Source: Methanobacteriota archaeon (GTDB taxonomy: Archaea > Halobacteriota > Bog-38 > Methanoflorentales > Methanoflorentaceae). Taken from it: a stretch of 64,000 bases of DNA. The stretch covers positions 32,001-96,000 of the forward strand of contig CAVRAO010000011.1 of the NCBI GenBank assembly GCA_963719035.1. The letters run 5' to 3'. Each line of letters opens with the position of its first letter. Position 1 is the first letter of the stretch. The position numbers and the translations under genes were made by a program. The notes beneath the pieces are model-generated. The model was not told where the DNA came from and made no database searches. It was given only the letters and a program-made list of their open reading frames with translations. Below, one piece after another: positions 50,359-60,835 of this stretch.

Positions 50359-50505
50359 ATGAATGACGCAATAGTAGCAACGGAGATTGAAAATCTTAGG
50401 ACAGAAATCAGCGATATTAAAAACTTAATGTTGAAGCGGTTTAAAGACCTCGAAGGATATTTATCAAATATCGAGGACGAATTAACGGCGATAATACGGC
50501 TATAA
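50359..50505 (+). CDS. Small coiled-coil protein
   Basis: GGTGA RBS; MNDAIVATEIENLRTEISDIKNLM... Confidence 0.45.
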   Translation: MNDAIVATEIENLRTEISDIKNLMLKRFKDLEGYLSNIEDELTAIIRL

Positions 50506-50548
50506 TAATAATAGAATTATTCGCGCTCGGGATAAGCTGTTTATTAAC

Positions 50549-50740
50549 GTGTATGACGGCGCGGCTGCTCCGCCGGCCGCAGCTGCTACGTGCCCAGCGA
50601 CGACCAGTGCCCAGGGGTGCACGACTTGCCAGCCTGCAACAAGCTGCTGCCCGCCGCCAGTGACGTGCTGCCCGCCGCCAGTGACGTGCTGCCCGCCGCC
50701 AGTGACGTGCTGCCCAGTGGTCACAGCTAAGTGCTGCTAG
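50549..50740 (+). CDS. Cys/Pro-rich peptide (13 Cys)
   Basis: (CCPPPVT)3 repeat, ends KCC-stop. Confidence 0.5.
   Translation: MYDGAAAPPAAAATCPATTSAQGCTTCQPATSCCPPPVTCCPPPVTCCPPPVTCCPVVTAKCC
50645..50715 (+). repeat. 21-bp tandem repeat TGCTGCCCGCCGCCAGTGACG, 3.4 copies
   Basis: Exact copies at 50645, 50666, 50687; partial at 50708. Confidence 0.97.
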
Positions 50741-50858
50741 GTCAAAACAGTCCCACAATACGAAATGAAAAAGCCAGAGATGAAGCATTGGGCCTTACAT
50801 TGGCAGAACGAATAAGGACAGGCTGAACAAACGCGGAAGGGCTGAATAAATGCGGAAG

Positions 50859-50890
50859 GCCAGAGGTATCCCCTGGCTTCTTTTTTGTTT
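50859..50890 (+). terminator. Hairpin plus T-tract
   Basis: GCCAGAGG-tat-CCCCTGGC followed by TTCTTTTTTG. Confidence 0.6.
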
Positions 50891-51241
50891 TATCAGATTT
50901 ATCCGTGCCCGCTTCGCCTTTTTTATATTAGAGCACCTCACTATTTCTAAAAAGGCACCCGTTCATAGATTTCCTGCATGTTCCTTCTTCAAACTGAGAT
51001 ACGCACCAGTTGTGTAGATATTAGAGTGACACACCACGTCGCGTCTTCCGTACATAGTGGCGTGATATCTTCGTCCTGTCTAGCGAGGTAACTAAAGATT
51101 AATTTAGAATAAATAAAATAGCGGCCGTTAACTGTTCGTTTTCCTTCACTTGTTCTTTCTGCATTACTGACAAATAAATTAGTCTAATTTTTATTGAAAA
51201 CAAAAATATTTATGACTTTAAATTGTTAATATCTCTGTTCT

Positions 51242-51850
51242 ATGGTAAGTGAAAGTCTTGTTTTTCAATTAGGCGCAATTATTTTTGCTATGTCTTTGGT
51301 AGTATTTCTGCTTATTAGCAAGAAAAAAAAACTGTTTGATACAGAGTTTTTTGTCAGCTTTCTCACTACCACAAGCTATGCACTTATGAGTCTAGGTATA
51401 GCGACAACTGTTGCTTTGAGCGGACAAACAATCTACTGGTCGCGATGGTTGTTTTATCTGGCAGCTTGTCCTTTACTAATGTATGATATCGCAAAAATCC
51501 TAAAAATATCAAACGAAGAATATCCAAAGCTTGCTTTCTTTACCGGTTTGACTATGTTCAATGGATTTCTTGCTAGCTATATTGTTACCCCCTCTCGGTG
51601 GCTTTTTTTTATCTTGAGTTCTGTGGCATTTATCTGCCTTCTTTACATGGTATTTCAAGGTCAGAAAAATCCTGCCTTCAAAACTCTCAAACCATTTGTT
51701 CTCGTTGGTTGGTCCCTTTTTCCAGCGGTATTCCTACTTGCTCCAACAGGGTTTGGGGTTCTCGATACATCCATTTCAGAAAGTCTATATCTTCTACTTG
51801 ACGTAGTAACTAAGTTATGTTTTGGTGTGATTACCATCAGGATGAAATAG
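51242..51850 (+). CDS. Schizorhodopsin-like microbial rhodopsin
   Basis: 202 aa, 7 TM; IYWSRWLFYLAACPLLMYD helix C; WSLFP; LLDVVTK retinal-binding Lys. Confidence 0.85.
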   Translation: MVSESLVFQLGAIIFAMSLVVFLLISKKKKLFDTEFFVSFLTTTSYALMSLGIATTVALSGQTIYWSRWLFYLAACPLLMYDIAKILKISNEEYPKLAFFTGLTMFNGFLASYIVTPSRWLFFILSSVAFICLLYMVFQGQKNPAFKTLKPFVLVGWSLFPAVFLLAPTGFGVLDTSISESLYLLLDVVTKLCFGVITIRMK

Positions 51851-51876
51851 CTTCTATCCTTGCAACTTACAGCTTA

Positions 51877-52260
51877 TCAACTTAGGTAGGAAATGGTTGT
51901 ACAACGCTCGTCGTTTTTATTTATGATAGATGCATAAGTAAAGCGCAGAGGACCCTTCAGAGCGTCCGATTTGAAAAAGAACGATGGGCTCGGCCGGATT
52001 CGGACCGGCGATCTCCGCCATGTCAAGACGGGGGATTTCGAGCTTTTTGAGGTCTTTTCTTTAGGAGATATGACCACAAGGAAGGCTAGCGCTCCTTCAT
52101 TTACAGTCTGAACTATTCTTGTGGACAAGCCTGCAAGTCGCGAGAAAGTATACGGTAGCCGTATTGTTGGGTAATCGTAACCATCTTTTGCGTGGTGCGA
52201 GAGATTTTACTGCGGTGGATCTCTAGCAGCTCGTTTTTTTGGATTGCAGCGTTGGCAAAT
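51877..52260 (-). pseudogene. SSV-type integrase N-terminal fragment
   Basis: YPTIRLP..LAGLSTRIVQTVNEGALAFLVV..LTWRRSPVRIRPSP; homolog of 40341 region. Confidence 0.8.
51981..52027 (-). mobile_element. att site: 3' half of tRNA-Val(GAC)
   Basis: Minus strand CTTGACATGGCGGAGATCGCCGGTCCGAATCCGGCCGAGCCCATCG. Confidence 0.85.
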
Positions 52261-52504
52261 AGGATTGGGTTATATTGAGCGGCTACATAATGGTAAATGA
52301 AGCTGACGTAGGGCATTTAATCGTTGTGATTAGCCGCGTGCGACTATATGGGAACGTCAGCAACCCGAGCTTTAAAGATGCCAGATTAGTCTATTGAGGA
52401 TCACGTCTCTGCGTCAAGAGGATGCGACGACTAACTTTTTCCTTTCTCTTCCTGCTCTCAAACGTGTCGTCCAACAAGTCTCGTTTCTTGCCGTATGTTA
52501 TTTA

Positions 52505-53392
52505 CTATCTACGATAGCGCATCCCAAAACCGATGGCCATAGCGAGCTTAGTAAGACAATATTTCGCTTCGCTCGACTGGAGGAACTTCAATTCCGCGCA
52601 GGCTTCACGTGCGTGCAACGCTGCCATTTGTCGTAGGTATTCTTCTTGTGAACAGCGTTGATCAGAGAGAGCTAGTGCGACTGATCGGGATCCACTCTGA
52701 ATGCCATCGGTTAGGTCATCGCGAACTTGGTAAGCAACGCCAAGTGCTCGAGCATATGCAGATAATCTTTCGATATCTGCACGCGTCGCCCCACCAACGA
52801 CAGCGCCTATGCTTGCTGCAGCCTCAAAGAGCACGGCCGTTTTTTTTGTAATGATCTCAACATACGTTTCAGTCTGAATAACGGGACCTGCTGTAAACGC
52901 GTTCACTTCGAGGAGTTCTCCTTCACACATGCTAATGGTTGCATTGGCAAGTGCATTTGCCACGCGAGGATCAGGATACCGAGAAGTAATACTTAGGATG
53001 AGTGAAAGGATGAAATCAGCGCTCAAAAGCGCCATCTCGCGACCATATGACGTGTGGAAAGACATGCTTCCTCGACGAGTTATGTCACCGTCAATAATGT
53101 CATCGTGGACTAGCGATTCCATATGCGCAAGCTCAACCGCAACAGCTGCAGGAAGCGGGTCGCATTCGCGGCCACCGACGCTCTCAAATGCTAGGAGGAG
53201 AAGAGTAGACCGAAGCCGTTTGCCGCCTTTAAGTGCCTTGACGAAAGGAGCAAAAAAGGGGGAGTTCTTCCGTTGCTGCAACTCGGCAAAAAGCGCGCGA
53301 TCGATTTGTGCACGATAATGACTGAGCGTTTCTGAGAGTCTGCAGGAGGAGTTTGATGCTATGTCTCTACTCATTTGGTCGCCGTGCTTCAA
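52505..53392 (-). CDS. Polyprenyl diphosphate synthase (GGPP synthase-like)
   Basis: GGKRLR, SLVHDDIIDGD..RRG, KTA, YQVRDD. Confidence 0.92.
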   Translation of the reverse strand: MKHGDQMSRDIASNSSCRLSETLSHYRAQIDRALFAELQQRKNSPFFAPFVKALKGGKRLRSTLLLLAFESVGGRECDPLPAAVAVELAHMESLVHDDIIDGDITRRGSMSFHTSYGREMALLSADFILSLILSITSRYPDPRVANALANATISMCEGELLEVNAFTAGPVIQTETYVEIITKKTAVLFEAAASIGAVVGGATRADIERLSAYARALGVAYQVRDDLTDGIQSGSRSVALALSDQRCSQEEYLRQMAALHAREACAELKFLQSSEAKYCLTKLAMAIGFGMRYRR

Positions 53393-53718
53393 TGAGTACG
53401 CCTATACATAAACCTAGCCGAGTAGCAGCTCATTAGTATATAGAACAATGGGACGGATCTGAAAGCGGATTATTTACAAAGCAGCGCCGTTTGCTATAGA
53501 GATCGGACCTCTAGCGGACTTGGAAGAAGGGGTAAACGATTCGTTTAACCGGCTAGATGAGCGCTGGCTAAACTAAGCTCACATCAAGTCTCGGCTGATG
53601 ATCAAGCACATTGCTAGTTCGATGACTAGCAGCTGGATTATCATCTTCTTGGAGCTCAAAAGCATATCCTCATTTAGTATGGAAACGCTCGGATTGCCTA
53701 AGGAATGGTGAGATCGCC

Positions 53719-54663
53719 GTGAAGCCAAGAACGCTCTGGCGCATCCTTAGGATAGAAGGCCTCATTCCGTTTACAGGTTCTGCCATCCTAATCGGTTTTG
53801 TCGTGACGCTATGGGAGGTCGGGGTCGCGGCAGCAGACTGGGGCTTGTTTGTACTCGCAGTTATTGCCGCCCTTCTAGCCCACATTGATGCACATATCTG
53901 GAACGACATTATGGATCTCGAAATCGACCGACGGGAAAAGAGTAAGGAGACCGGCCGTGACAGGCCTCTCGTGTTTGGGTGGGCGACTGTGAAAGACTAC
54001 CACATTATGTCTGCGATTGTCACAATCTTGGCTTTAGTTCTTGCAGCGTATCTCACAATATACCGAGTTTTTATTCCGCTGTTTGTTTTGCTCGGCCTCT
54101 TCTTCGTTTTCGGATACAATCATCCCCGCATTGCATTGGGTCACAAGCCGTTTACCGAGTGGTACATGTTTCCGTGGCTGGTCGTAGGAGTCACCGTAAC
54201 TATCGTCTATGCATCGACCAACACGTTTTCCCCACTCGCGTTCCTCCTGTCGTTGTTATCGGGTATCATGGTCACCTGCTTTGTAGTCTCAATGATGCGC
54301 AGAGATGTCGTGTCCGATCGGATTGGTGGAAAATTAACATCCTCGGTTCTATATCCTACATTGCCCCACTCAACCATCTATGGAAGCATTACCATGCTCA
54401 TTGCCGTCGCTGCGATCTATCCTCTAAGCTTGATACTTGGAATAAGACTTGCGTATATGCTTGTCCTTACGACGGTCAGTATTGGGGCAATTAACACGGT
54501 TCTTGGGGCACAGATCGATCAGCTCTCTACTAGGGCCACGTATTCCATCTTCCCGGATTTTGAAGCGAAAGCAAACAGGCTTATGCTCCGACAAATCGGC
54601 GCATCGACAGTTTACGCGGTAATTATCGCTGCAATTTTAGTGATGTTTGGAAACGTTTTGTGA
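53719..54663 (+). CDS. UbiA-family prenyltransferase
   Basis: WNDIMDLEID, RDVVSDRIGGKLT, multi-TM. Confidence 0.88.
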   Translation: MKPRTLWRILRIEGLIPFTGSAILIGFVVTLWEVGVAAADWGLFVLAVIAALLAHIDAHIWNDIMDLEIDRREKSKETGRDRPLVFGWATVKDYHIMSAIVTILALVLAAYLTIYRVFIPLFVLLGLFFVFGYNHPRIALGHKPFTEWYMFPWLVVGVTVTIVYASTNTFSPLAFLLSLLSGIMVTCFVVSMMRRDVVSDRIGGKLTSSVLYPTLPHSTIYGSITMLIAVAAIYPLSLILGIRLAYMLVLTTVSIGAINTVLGAQIDQLSTRATYSIFPDFEAKANRLMLRQIGASTVYAVIIAAILVMFGNVL

Positions 54664-54856
54664 AAATCTAGTTGCCATTGGTCTTACGAGACCACTAAGG
54701 CTGCTACGTTTTACCTCCGCCTGATATAGGCGATAACACTGGAATCGGATCAGGCGATTCGAGATAAATAAGATCATTATCGACGTGTGAAGACGGAGGT
54801 TTTAGAGGCTTTTGACGCATTTTCGGTAGAACGATAAGCTGGTCGTCAATTGACGA

Positions 54857-55359
54857 GTGGGGAAACACGGTTCACGATTCCAGTATAGGTGTTCAGGCAA
54901 CCCCCGCGGTATTACATTAACCTATACGACAATCGACCACGACGGCAATCGAACCGAACACGATTATGCCGTTCAGGTTATTTGGACCCAATGTCACTTT
55001 GAAGGAAAACGACCCTACTTCATCTGCCCCGGAGTCGTGAATGGCGTAACGTCCATGCGACGCGTTGCGAAGCTCTAAAAGCCACCCGCGGGCAAATACT
55101 TCTTTTTTCGGCATTGCCACAACTTGACATATTACAGCTGCAACGAGTCAGGAGACGTGCATTTCACAGCCAGACGCGAGCTAAACGCGCAGCTCGAAAG
55201 CTGGGGCTTACTAGCCCGGAGGATGTGTACACGATGGAACGGCCAAAGGGCATGCACAAGCGAACGTTTCAGCGGCTGCGGCAGGACGCGATTGATGCTA
55301 TCGAACGTGAGCACAAGGCCTTTGGGAGTGTAGTGCGTAAGTTTGCTAGTTCTCTGTAG
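54857..55359 (+). pseudogene. Mobile-element-associated hypothetical Zn-finger protein, degraded
   Basis: GKRPYFICP..RRVAKL..FRHCH.L.Y..ERPKGMHKRTF across frames. Confidence 0.6.
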
Positions 55360-55445
55360 ATGTTAGTTCACGCGGCTTTGGTCTTTCTGAAAAAGGGATA
55401 GGAATAGTTAAGTTAGTTTTGGCCATTTGCATAACTGAAAAACGA

Positions 55446-55820
55446 ATGGATGATACAGCAGCTGACTTCTGTGCACATTGCGGAGAAAGCGTAGCCCAAG
55501 AGGATAAGTTCTGTCCCGGATGTGGGAACTCGCTTGTATTGGCAACGTTAGCTTCTGAAATCCCGTTGGATCTCGATATTGGACAACCGGTATCGCAGCC
55601 TCAGCATGCTCAGCAAGTTCGCAACGACCGTAGAGGTCACCGTAAGTTATTCCTTGCCGGCACCGCTATCGCCTTAGCGTGGCTTCTTTTCGTGGCATTG
55701 TGGCTCTTCTTCTATGCCAGCGGGTCCAGCATTGCGCAAAACATTGGGATCCTCGTCTTATCTCTTGTAGTAATGGCGATATTGGAGACATTGCTAGTGG
55801 TGCCGAGGGCCATGAAATAA
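55446..55820 (+). CDS. Zinc-ribbon membrane protein
   Basis: FCAHCG..FCPGCG plus two TM segments; preceded by seventh copy of the dispersed repeat. Confidence 0.75.
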   Translation: MDDTAADFCAHCGESVAQEDKFCPGCGNSLVLATLASEIPLDLDIGQPVSQPQHAQQVRNDRRGHRKLFLAGTAIALAWLLFVALWLFFYASGSSIAQNIGILVLSLVVMAILETLLVVPRAMK

Positions 55821-56284
55821 CCTGACTGGGTATCGCGCCAGAGAAGAAACCGTAACGCGAGACTAAGCGTGCGTCGTTTGTTAGATCGTTCATTCTGTGC
55901 CTGCAGATTGACTTACGTGCCAACGTTAACAGGTCTTTGACGGGGTCAAATCATCGTGATATTTCGCCTTGACAAGGGGGCGAAGAACGTAAAAGATTTG
56001 ACGAGCGGTAACGGCGGCCTTTCTGAAGATGAAGAAATTTAGCATAGAGGAATTAAAAAAGGCGTATAAGGGGTAGCATTCGGGACAAAAATCGTCCTCG
56101 TTACGTACGCCGGTTCCACAATTCGAACAGAATTTGTCCGCCAAAAACAAGTGAAGATCAACTTTTACGTCTTATACTTTCTCATTCTTCCGCAGACTTT
56201 TGCAGGTTCCGTGCAGGGAACTATGTCGCGAATAACGAGGTCACGCCAGTTTTCCAAGGTTAGGGTTGTTGCTTGGTCTTATTG

Positions 56285-57709
56285 CTATGACCCGTCAAGT
56301 TGCCCGCGTTGAATTGCACGTTGGGCGACTTCGCTGCCAACTATTACCCCCTGATCACAATCGAACCTATAGTGGACTCCTGCGTAAAGGCGGGAGAGAG
56401 ACGCTTCCTGTACCGTTGCTTGTATGTCGTGCTTCTCCGTGGGGAAGATGTAGCTCAAAACCCCCCCTGCTGCGCTGGAGAAGCTTGAATGACCAGACGT
56501 ATAAGACGGAAAGTTCGGCGTGGGAACGGCGGTCTTGATGGTCGGATCGGCCTGAATAGGCCGCAGGTACCAATACTCGTACTTGGTGTTCCAGCAGCAG
56601 ATTCCGGCATCCATGGTCGCCGTATTCATAAGCGCGAGCGCCCGAGCGGAGCGCAATTCGTTGAGCTTATAGCTCTGAATCTGATCGCACGCGATCTGGT
56701 TCCAGTAGCTTGGAGGGTTAACATCATTCCAGAACTTGGCAATCTGCTGCTGTTCCACGGTTCGATTATTTGCGATTTGCTTGACTTCTCGCAGCGACGC
56801 ATTGAATTGCGCTGAACCAAACGCAGGTGGAGCAGCAGGCATAATCAGTTCAGACGAATTAAGCAACCAAGGTGTAACGTTGCCCCAATTCGGGAAATCC
56901 GGAGGCTGCGGTGGCGATGCCGTGCTAAACCACTTGCCCGGTCCTGTCGGTACGGTGCCTTTCCACGAAGCATTCGAGCCATCGTTTTTAGAACGATTGA
57001 TGACATGTTGTGCGACGGTGCGACCGAGGGAGTCTCCGGCAGTGATGTCACTACGGAAGTTCACGCCGGCCGCAAGCCGGGACTCTTCATCGGCAGCCGC
57101 CTGTGTTGATATCCACGCCGTTTCGTTGGGGTACAGATAAGAGAGCACTGCAGCAGATGCACCAGCGACCGCGGCGTGGTCAGCGGGGTATGCCGGATCA
57201 GAGGTTGTTTGCACCGCGGGCCGAATGCTCGAATCGAGCTCGTGGGGGCTCGATCGGTTAAACGTATATTTGTTGTTCCACGCAGCGACGAGTGCATCAT
57301 ACTGCGCCACACTTAAAAGCGCCAACTCGCGGGAGGCCATAAGTGGTGACGTATTATTTTTGACGACGAGGCTGCGTGCAATCTCGTTCCAGCGCACCAC
57401 TGAGCCGTTGTTCCAGTAGGCGATGCTTTCATTGACCTTAGGCGTTCGATTCAATTGGAGCGCCTTCAACTCGTTGAGGTCTTGATTATATTCCGCCGAA
57501 CCTTGCGACGGTGGGGGGAGCGAGCGCACTGCATCGCTTGAATTTAAGACGAACGGATTCCAGCTCCCACCTGTGGGCTCTGCTGCAAGCGCCATCCCCG
57601 CGCTTTTCGAGCTATCGTTTGTCGGGGTCAGACACGCGCTCGCGCTAACAGCAAGAAGGACAGAAACGAGCACGACGGCTATGAGTGGACGTTTTAAACT
57701 CACAAACAA
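56285..57709 (-). CDS. PAP2/vanadium haloperoxidase-like lipoprotein with tandem domains
   Basis: ASAC lipobox; K..W..RP, PSYTSGH, SRLYAGVHY; degenerate N-terminal copy PAYPADH/SRLAAGVN. Confidence 0.88.
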   Translation of the reverse strand: MFVSLKRPLIAVVLVSVLLAVSASACLTPTNDSSKSAGMALAAEPTGGSWNPFVLNSSDAVRSLPPPSQGSAEYNQDLNELKALQLNRTPKVNESIAYWNNGSVVRWNEIARSLVVKNNTSPLMASRELALLSVAQYDALVAAWNNKYTFNRSSPHELDSSIRPAVQTTSDPAYPADHAAVAGASAAVLSYLYPNETAWISTQAAADEESRLAAGVNFRSDITAGDSLGRTVAQHVINRSKNDGSNASWKGTVPTGPGKWFSTASPPQPPDFPNWGNVTPWLLNSSELIMPAAPPAFGSAQFNASLREVKQIANNRTVEQQQIAKFWNDVNPPSYWNQIACDQIQSYKLNELRSARALALMNTATMDAGICCWNTKYEYWYLRPIQADPTIKTAVPTPNFPSYTSGHSSFSSAAGGVLSYIFPTEKHDIQATVQEASLSRLYAGVHYRFDCDQGVIVGSEVAQRAIQRGQLDGS

Positions 57710-58212
57710 GTTTGCGACCCCTCTCTATAAATAATTCCTGCCGGACGCACAGCACTCAACTCGGAAATGCTTTGAGATTCCAGCTTAAATAATTGAATAC
57801 ACGTCGGAGGATCTCGATTGGAACGCTTTCGGCCCTCGGTCAAGACGATAACGAGCTCAAAGTAGCAGCGGCGCTCGCTCTCGGAAACATTAGTGATACT
57901 CCCGCTAGAGAACCACTTAAACAATTACGAAGCAACTCAAATGACCCACAGTGAAGAAAAAGCCTACTGCCTTAGATTAGTCGGTCGCTATAAGGAGGGG
58001 CATGCCACCTTGGCTGAACCCCGGGATCTGCTCTGTTCTTGGGTGATCCGGTTCGGGGAGCCAGCCCTCCTGAACCAGACGTTCTTTGCACCGTACCCGG
58101 TTGCACTTGCTGACCTGCCAGAAGAGATTACCGATCGTGGAAGGGATTATTGAAGGGAAGGAGAGTACATCTGATCAGCAGGAAACCCGGTAAAATTAAG
58201 GATGAGATAAAA

Positions 58213-59774
58213 ATGCCCCCAAAAAAAAGATTTGTTGCCCAGACCCATTCAGAGTTTACTATTATTTATCCCCACTAGCTTTTTCAGCAAAGTCCGGCTT
58301 TGTCCCGGGATCGACCGGTTATCATTGCTGAAGACCCATGGTTCTTTCGCAGGCACCGTTTCCATGCCCAGAAGCTCGTGCTTCACCGGGCATCCATGCG
58401 GCGGTACCACGAGTATCTTGTTGCTAAAGGATTCACGGTTGAATACCTTGAAACAGCAGCACTGGAGAAAAGTGCTGACGTCTATGAAAAGCTTGCTGGA
58501 AACGGGGTTACCGGGGTCCATCTCTGCGATCCGCTGGAAAACGGTCTGGTTGATGAGATTGAGAAATCCTGCACCAGGCAGGGAATCCGGCTAGTTACTT
58601 ACGAGAGTCCCATGTTCTTCTGCTCACGGGAATACCTCAGGGAGTTTTATCCTGAAGGGAGGAGATTCTATCTCACGGAATTTTACATAGCACAGAGAAA
58701 ACGCCACAAGATCCTGCTCGAAAAAGATGGCAAACCGGCTGAGAAACGCTGGACGTTTGATACCCTTAACCGGGAACCGCTGCCAAAGGATTTCCTCATA
58801 CCTCCGGTCTGGCACCCCGTTCAGAACGAGTATGTAACCGAAGCGATCAGCTACGTGCAGCAACATTTTCCAAAGGCCTCTGGCGATGTGAACGCCTTTT
58901 CCTGGCCAGTCACGTTTAAAGATGCGGAACGCTGGTTTGACGATTTCCTCATGAACCGGCTGGTACTGTTCGGGAGGTACGAAGACGCGATTCAACGGGA
59001 TGAAACGGTTCTTTTCCATTCCGCGCTCAGTCCCCTGCTGAATATCGGGCTCCTCACCCCTGGATACGTGGTGGATGCTGCATTGCGTCATGCACAGAAG
59101 CATGATACCCCGATTTCGTCTCTTGAGGGTTTTATCCGCCAGATGATCGGCTGGCGCGAGTTCATCAGGGCAGTCTATTACATCGCAGGAAAAAAAGAGC
59201 AGACATCTAATATACTGAATTTAACCCATTCGGTACCTCCCTGCTTCTGGACAGCCTCAACGGGTATCGAACCTGTTGACAGGACGATACAGCGTGTGCT
59301 CACTGGTGCCTATTGTCACAATATCGAGCGCCTGATGCGCTGGGTAATATCATGCTGCTCGCCGAATTCCATCCGGATCGGGTCTATGACTGGTTCTCGG
59401 AGCTCTTTATTGATGCATATGACTGGGTCATGGTACCCAATGTTTACGGGATGAGTCAGTTTTCCGACGGCGGGCTGATGAGTTCCAAACCCTACATATC
59501 CGGTTCCCCGTATGTGCTGAAGATGAGTAATTACCAGGAAGGTCCGTGGTGCGATCTCTGGGATGCTCTCTACTGGCGTTTCCTGTATATCCATCGGGAC
59601 ATCTTCGAGCATAACCCGCGGATGGCCCCCGTCATCACGTATATCACCCGCATGCCGGAAGAGAAACGGGCCCCGATGATCGTAAAAGCAGAAAATTACC
59701 TCACCTCAATCGGGGCATGTGCAGGGGTACCGGAGTCCCCCTCCAGCGAAAGGAAACTAAAGAAACGCCGGTAA
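58213..59774 (+). pseudogene. Cryptochrome/photolyase (PhrB-like clade), in-frame TAG and frameshift
   Basis: IYPH*LF, FHAQKLVLHRASM, FG.YEDA, EGFIRQMIGWREF, HNIERLM|LGN, FIDAYDWV, SKPYISG. Confidence 0.88.
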
Positions 59775-59829
59775 CGGCATGAACTGTTTACCGCTCCGGG
59801 TAGGGCAGCACCGGCTTTCATCCGAGCTT

Positions 59830-60217
59830 CCAAGCTAATCAGGACAAAATACGGTATGAACACTATGTTCCGGTGCCTCCAGCGCCAGCAGATGCTATAA
59901 AATCGTTATTAGAAGGACGCGCTAGGAACGAAAAAATGTTTTTGTATAACTCGATTAATAAATGGTTCAAACGCGAGAAGATATCTCTATCGCGCGTAGC
60001 GGCCCATTTCACGCTAGGGGACGCGAGGAAGTTCACTGAACAATATGGCGATATTATTCGGTGGGATCAGTCGAACAGAGCCTACATTATGACGCATGGC
60101 GTAAGTGAAATCGATTGGGAATATTACAAGCATCCGCTGCCGGAGAATGTTTTTGATGCGTATATGCGATACTGGGCGGATGTGCGGTTGGCGTGTAATT
60201 ATCCTTGCGTTGATTGA
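59830..60217 (+). pseudogene. Tyrosine integrase C-terminal fragment 1
   Basis: QDKIRYEHYVP, LGDARKF, THGVSEIDWEYYKHPLP. Confidence 0.85.
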
Positions 60218-60327
60218 AATCTTGTGGACAGCCAGAAACGTATAGGTAAAGATAGGCCACGTATATATGATGGGTTTATTAGCCGTTAAGTCGCGTATAA
60301 TGGCTTAACGCCCTGCTATACCTGTCA

Positions 60328-60504
60328 TTATTTCTCCAGTGAGTCTAGTCCTTCTAAACCTAAACAAAACACACCAACTCCTAGAAGGACTCCAATTGTG
60401 GTGTAGTCCAACGCTGGTATAACAGACATAGATGCTAAGATCGACATAACAACACTTGCAATTCCCATTCCTAACGCGACTGCATATAACACGATCTGGG
60501 TCAC
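60328..60504 (-). CDS. Small 2-TM protein
   Basis: GAGGTG RBS; IVLYAVALGMGIASVV...LLGVGVFCLGL. Confidence 0.6.
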   Translation of the reverse strand: MTQIVLYAVALGMGIASVVMSILASMSVIPALDYTTIGVLLGVGVFCLGLEGLDSLEK

Positions 60505-60699
60505 GTTCTCTCGAGCTATGTTCTCACCTCCTTACTCGTAATTAACGAACAGACGATTAAAGAGATCCGCCATTTTACGCGTCTTATTGTGTAGTTTGAT
60601 CGCGATTCAGCAGAGAGTTGACACTGATAAACGAAGCTTGGGATTTTCAGATCCGATTGTTCAGTTCTATGTGCTCACGACTTAGTAAACCAGCCTTTT

Positions 60700-60790
60700 G
60701 CACGATATCGATTGGAGGCAGATAAACATCCGCTGCCAGAAAACGTTTATGACGTGTATATACGGTATTGGGCAGATGTGCGATTCTAAT
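60700..60790 (+). pseudogene. Integrase 3'-end fragment 2
   Basis: IDW..KHPLPENVYDVYIRYWADV. Confidence 0.85.
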
Positions 60791-60835
60791 TCTATGACAA
60801 AAAAGAAGGAAAGGAAGCGCGAACGCTCCCCTTTT

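Noticed and set aside
50645-50715. CRISPR-like repeats
   Set aside because: Contiguous tandem 21-mers with no spacers.
58273-58281. Pyrrolysine readthrough of in-frame TAG in photolyase
   Set aside because: TAG replaces an expected CAG (PHQLF), the gene also has a frameshift, and no pyl genes are visible.
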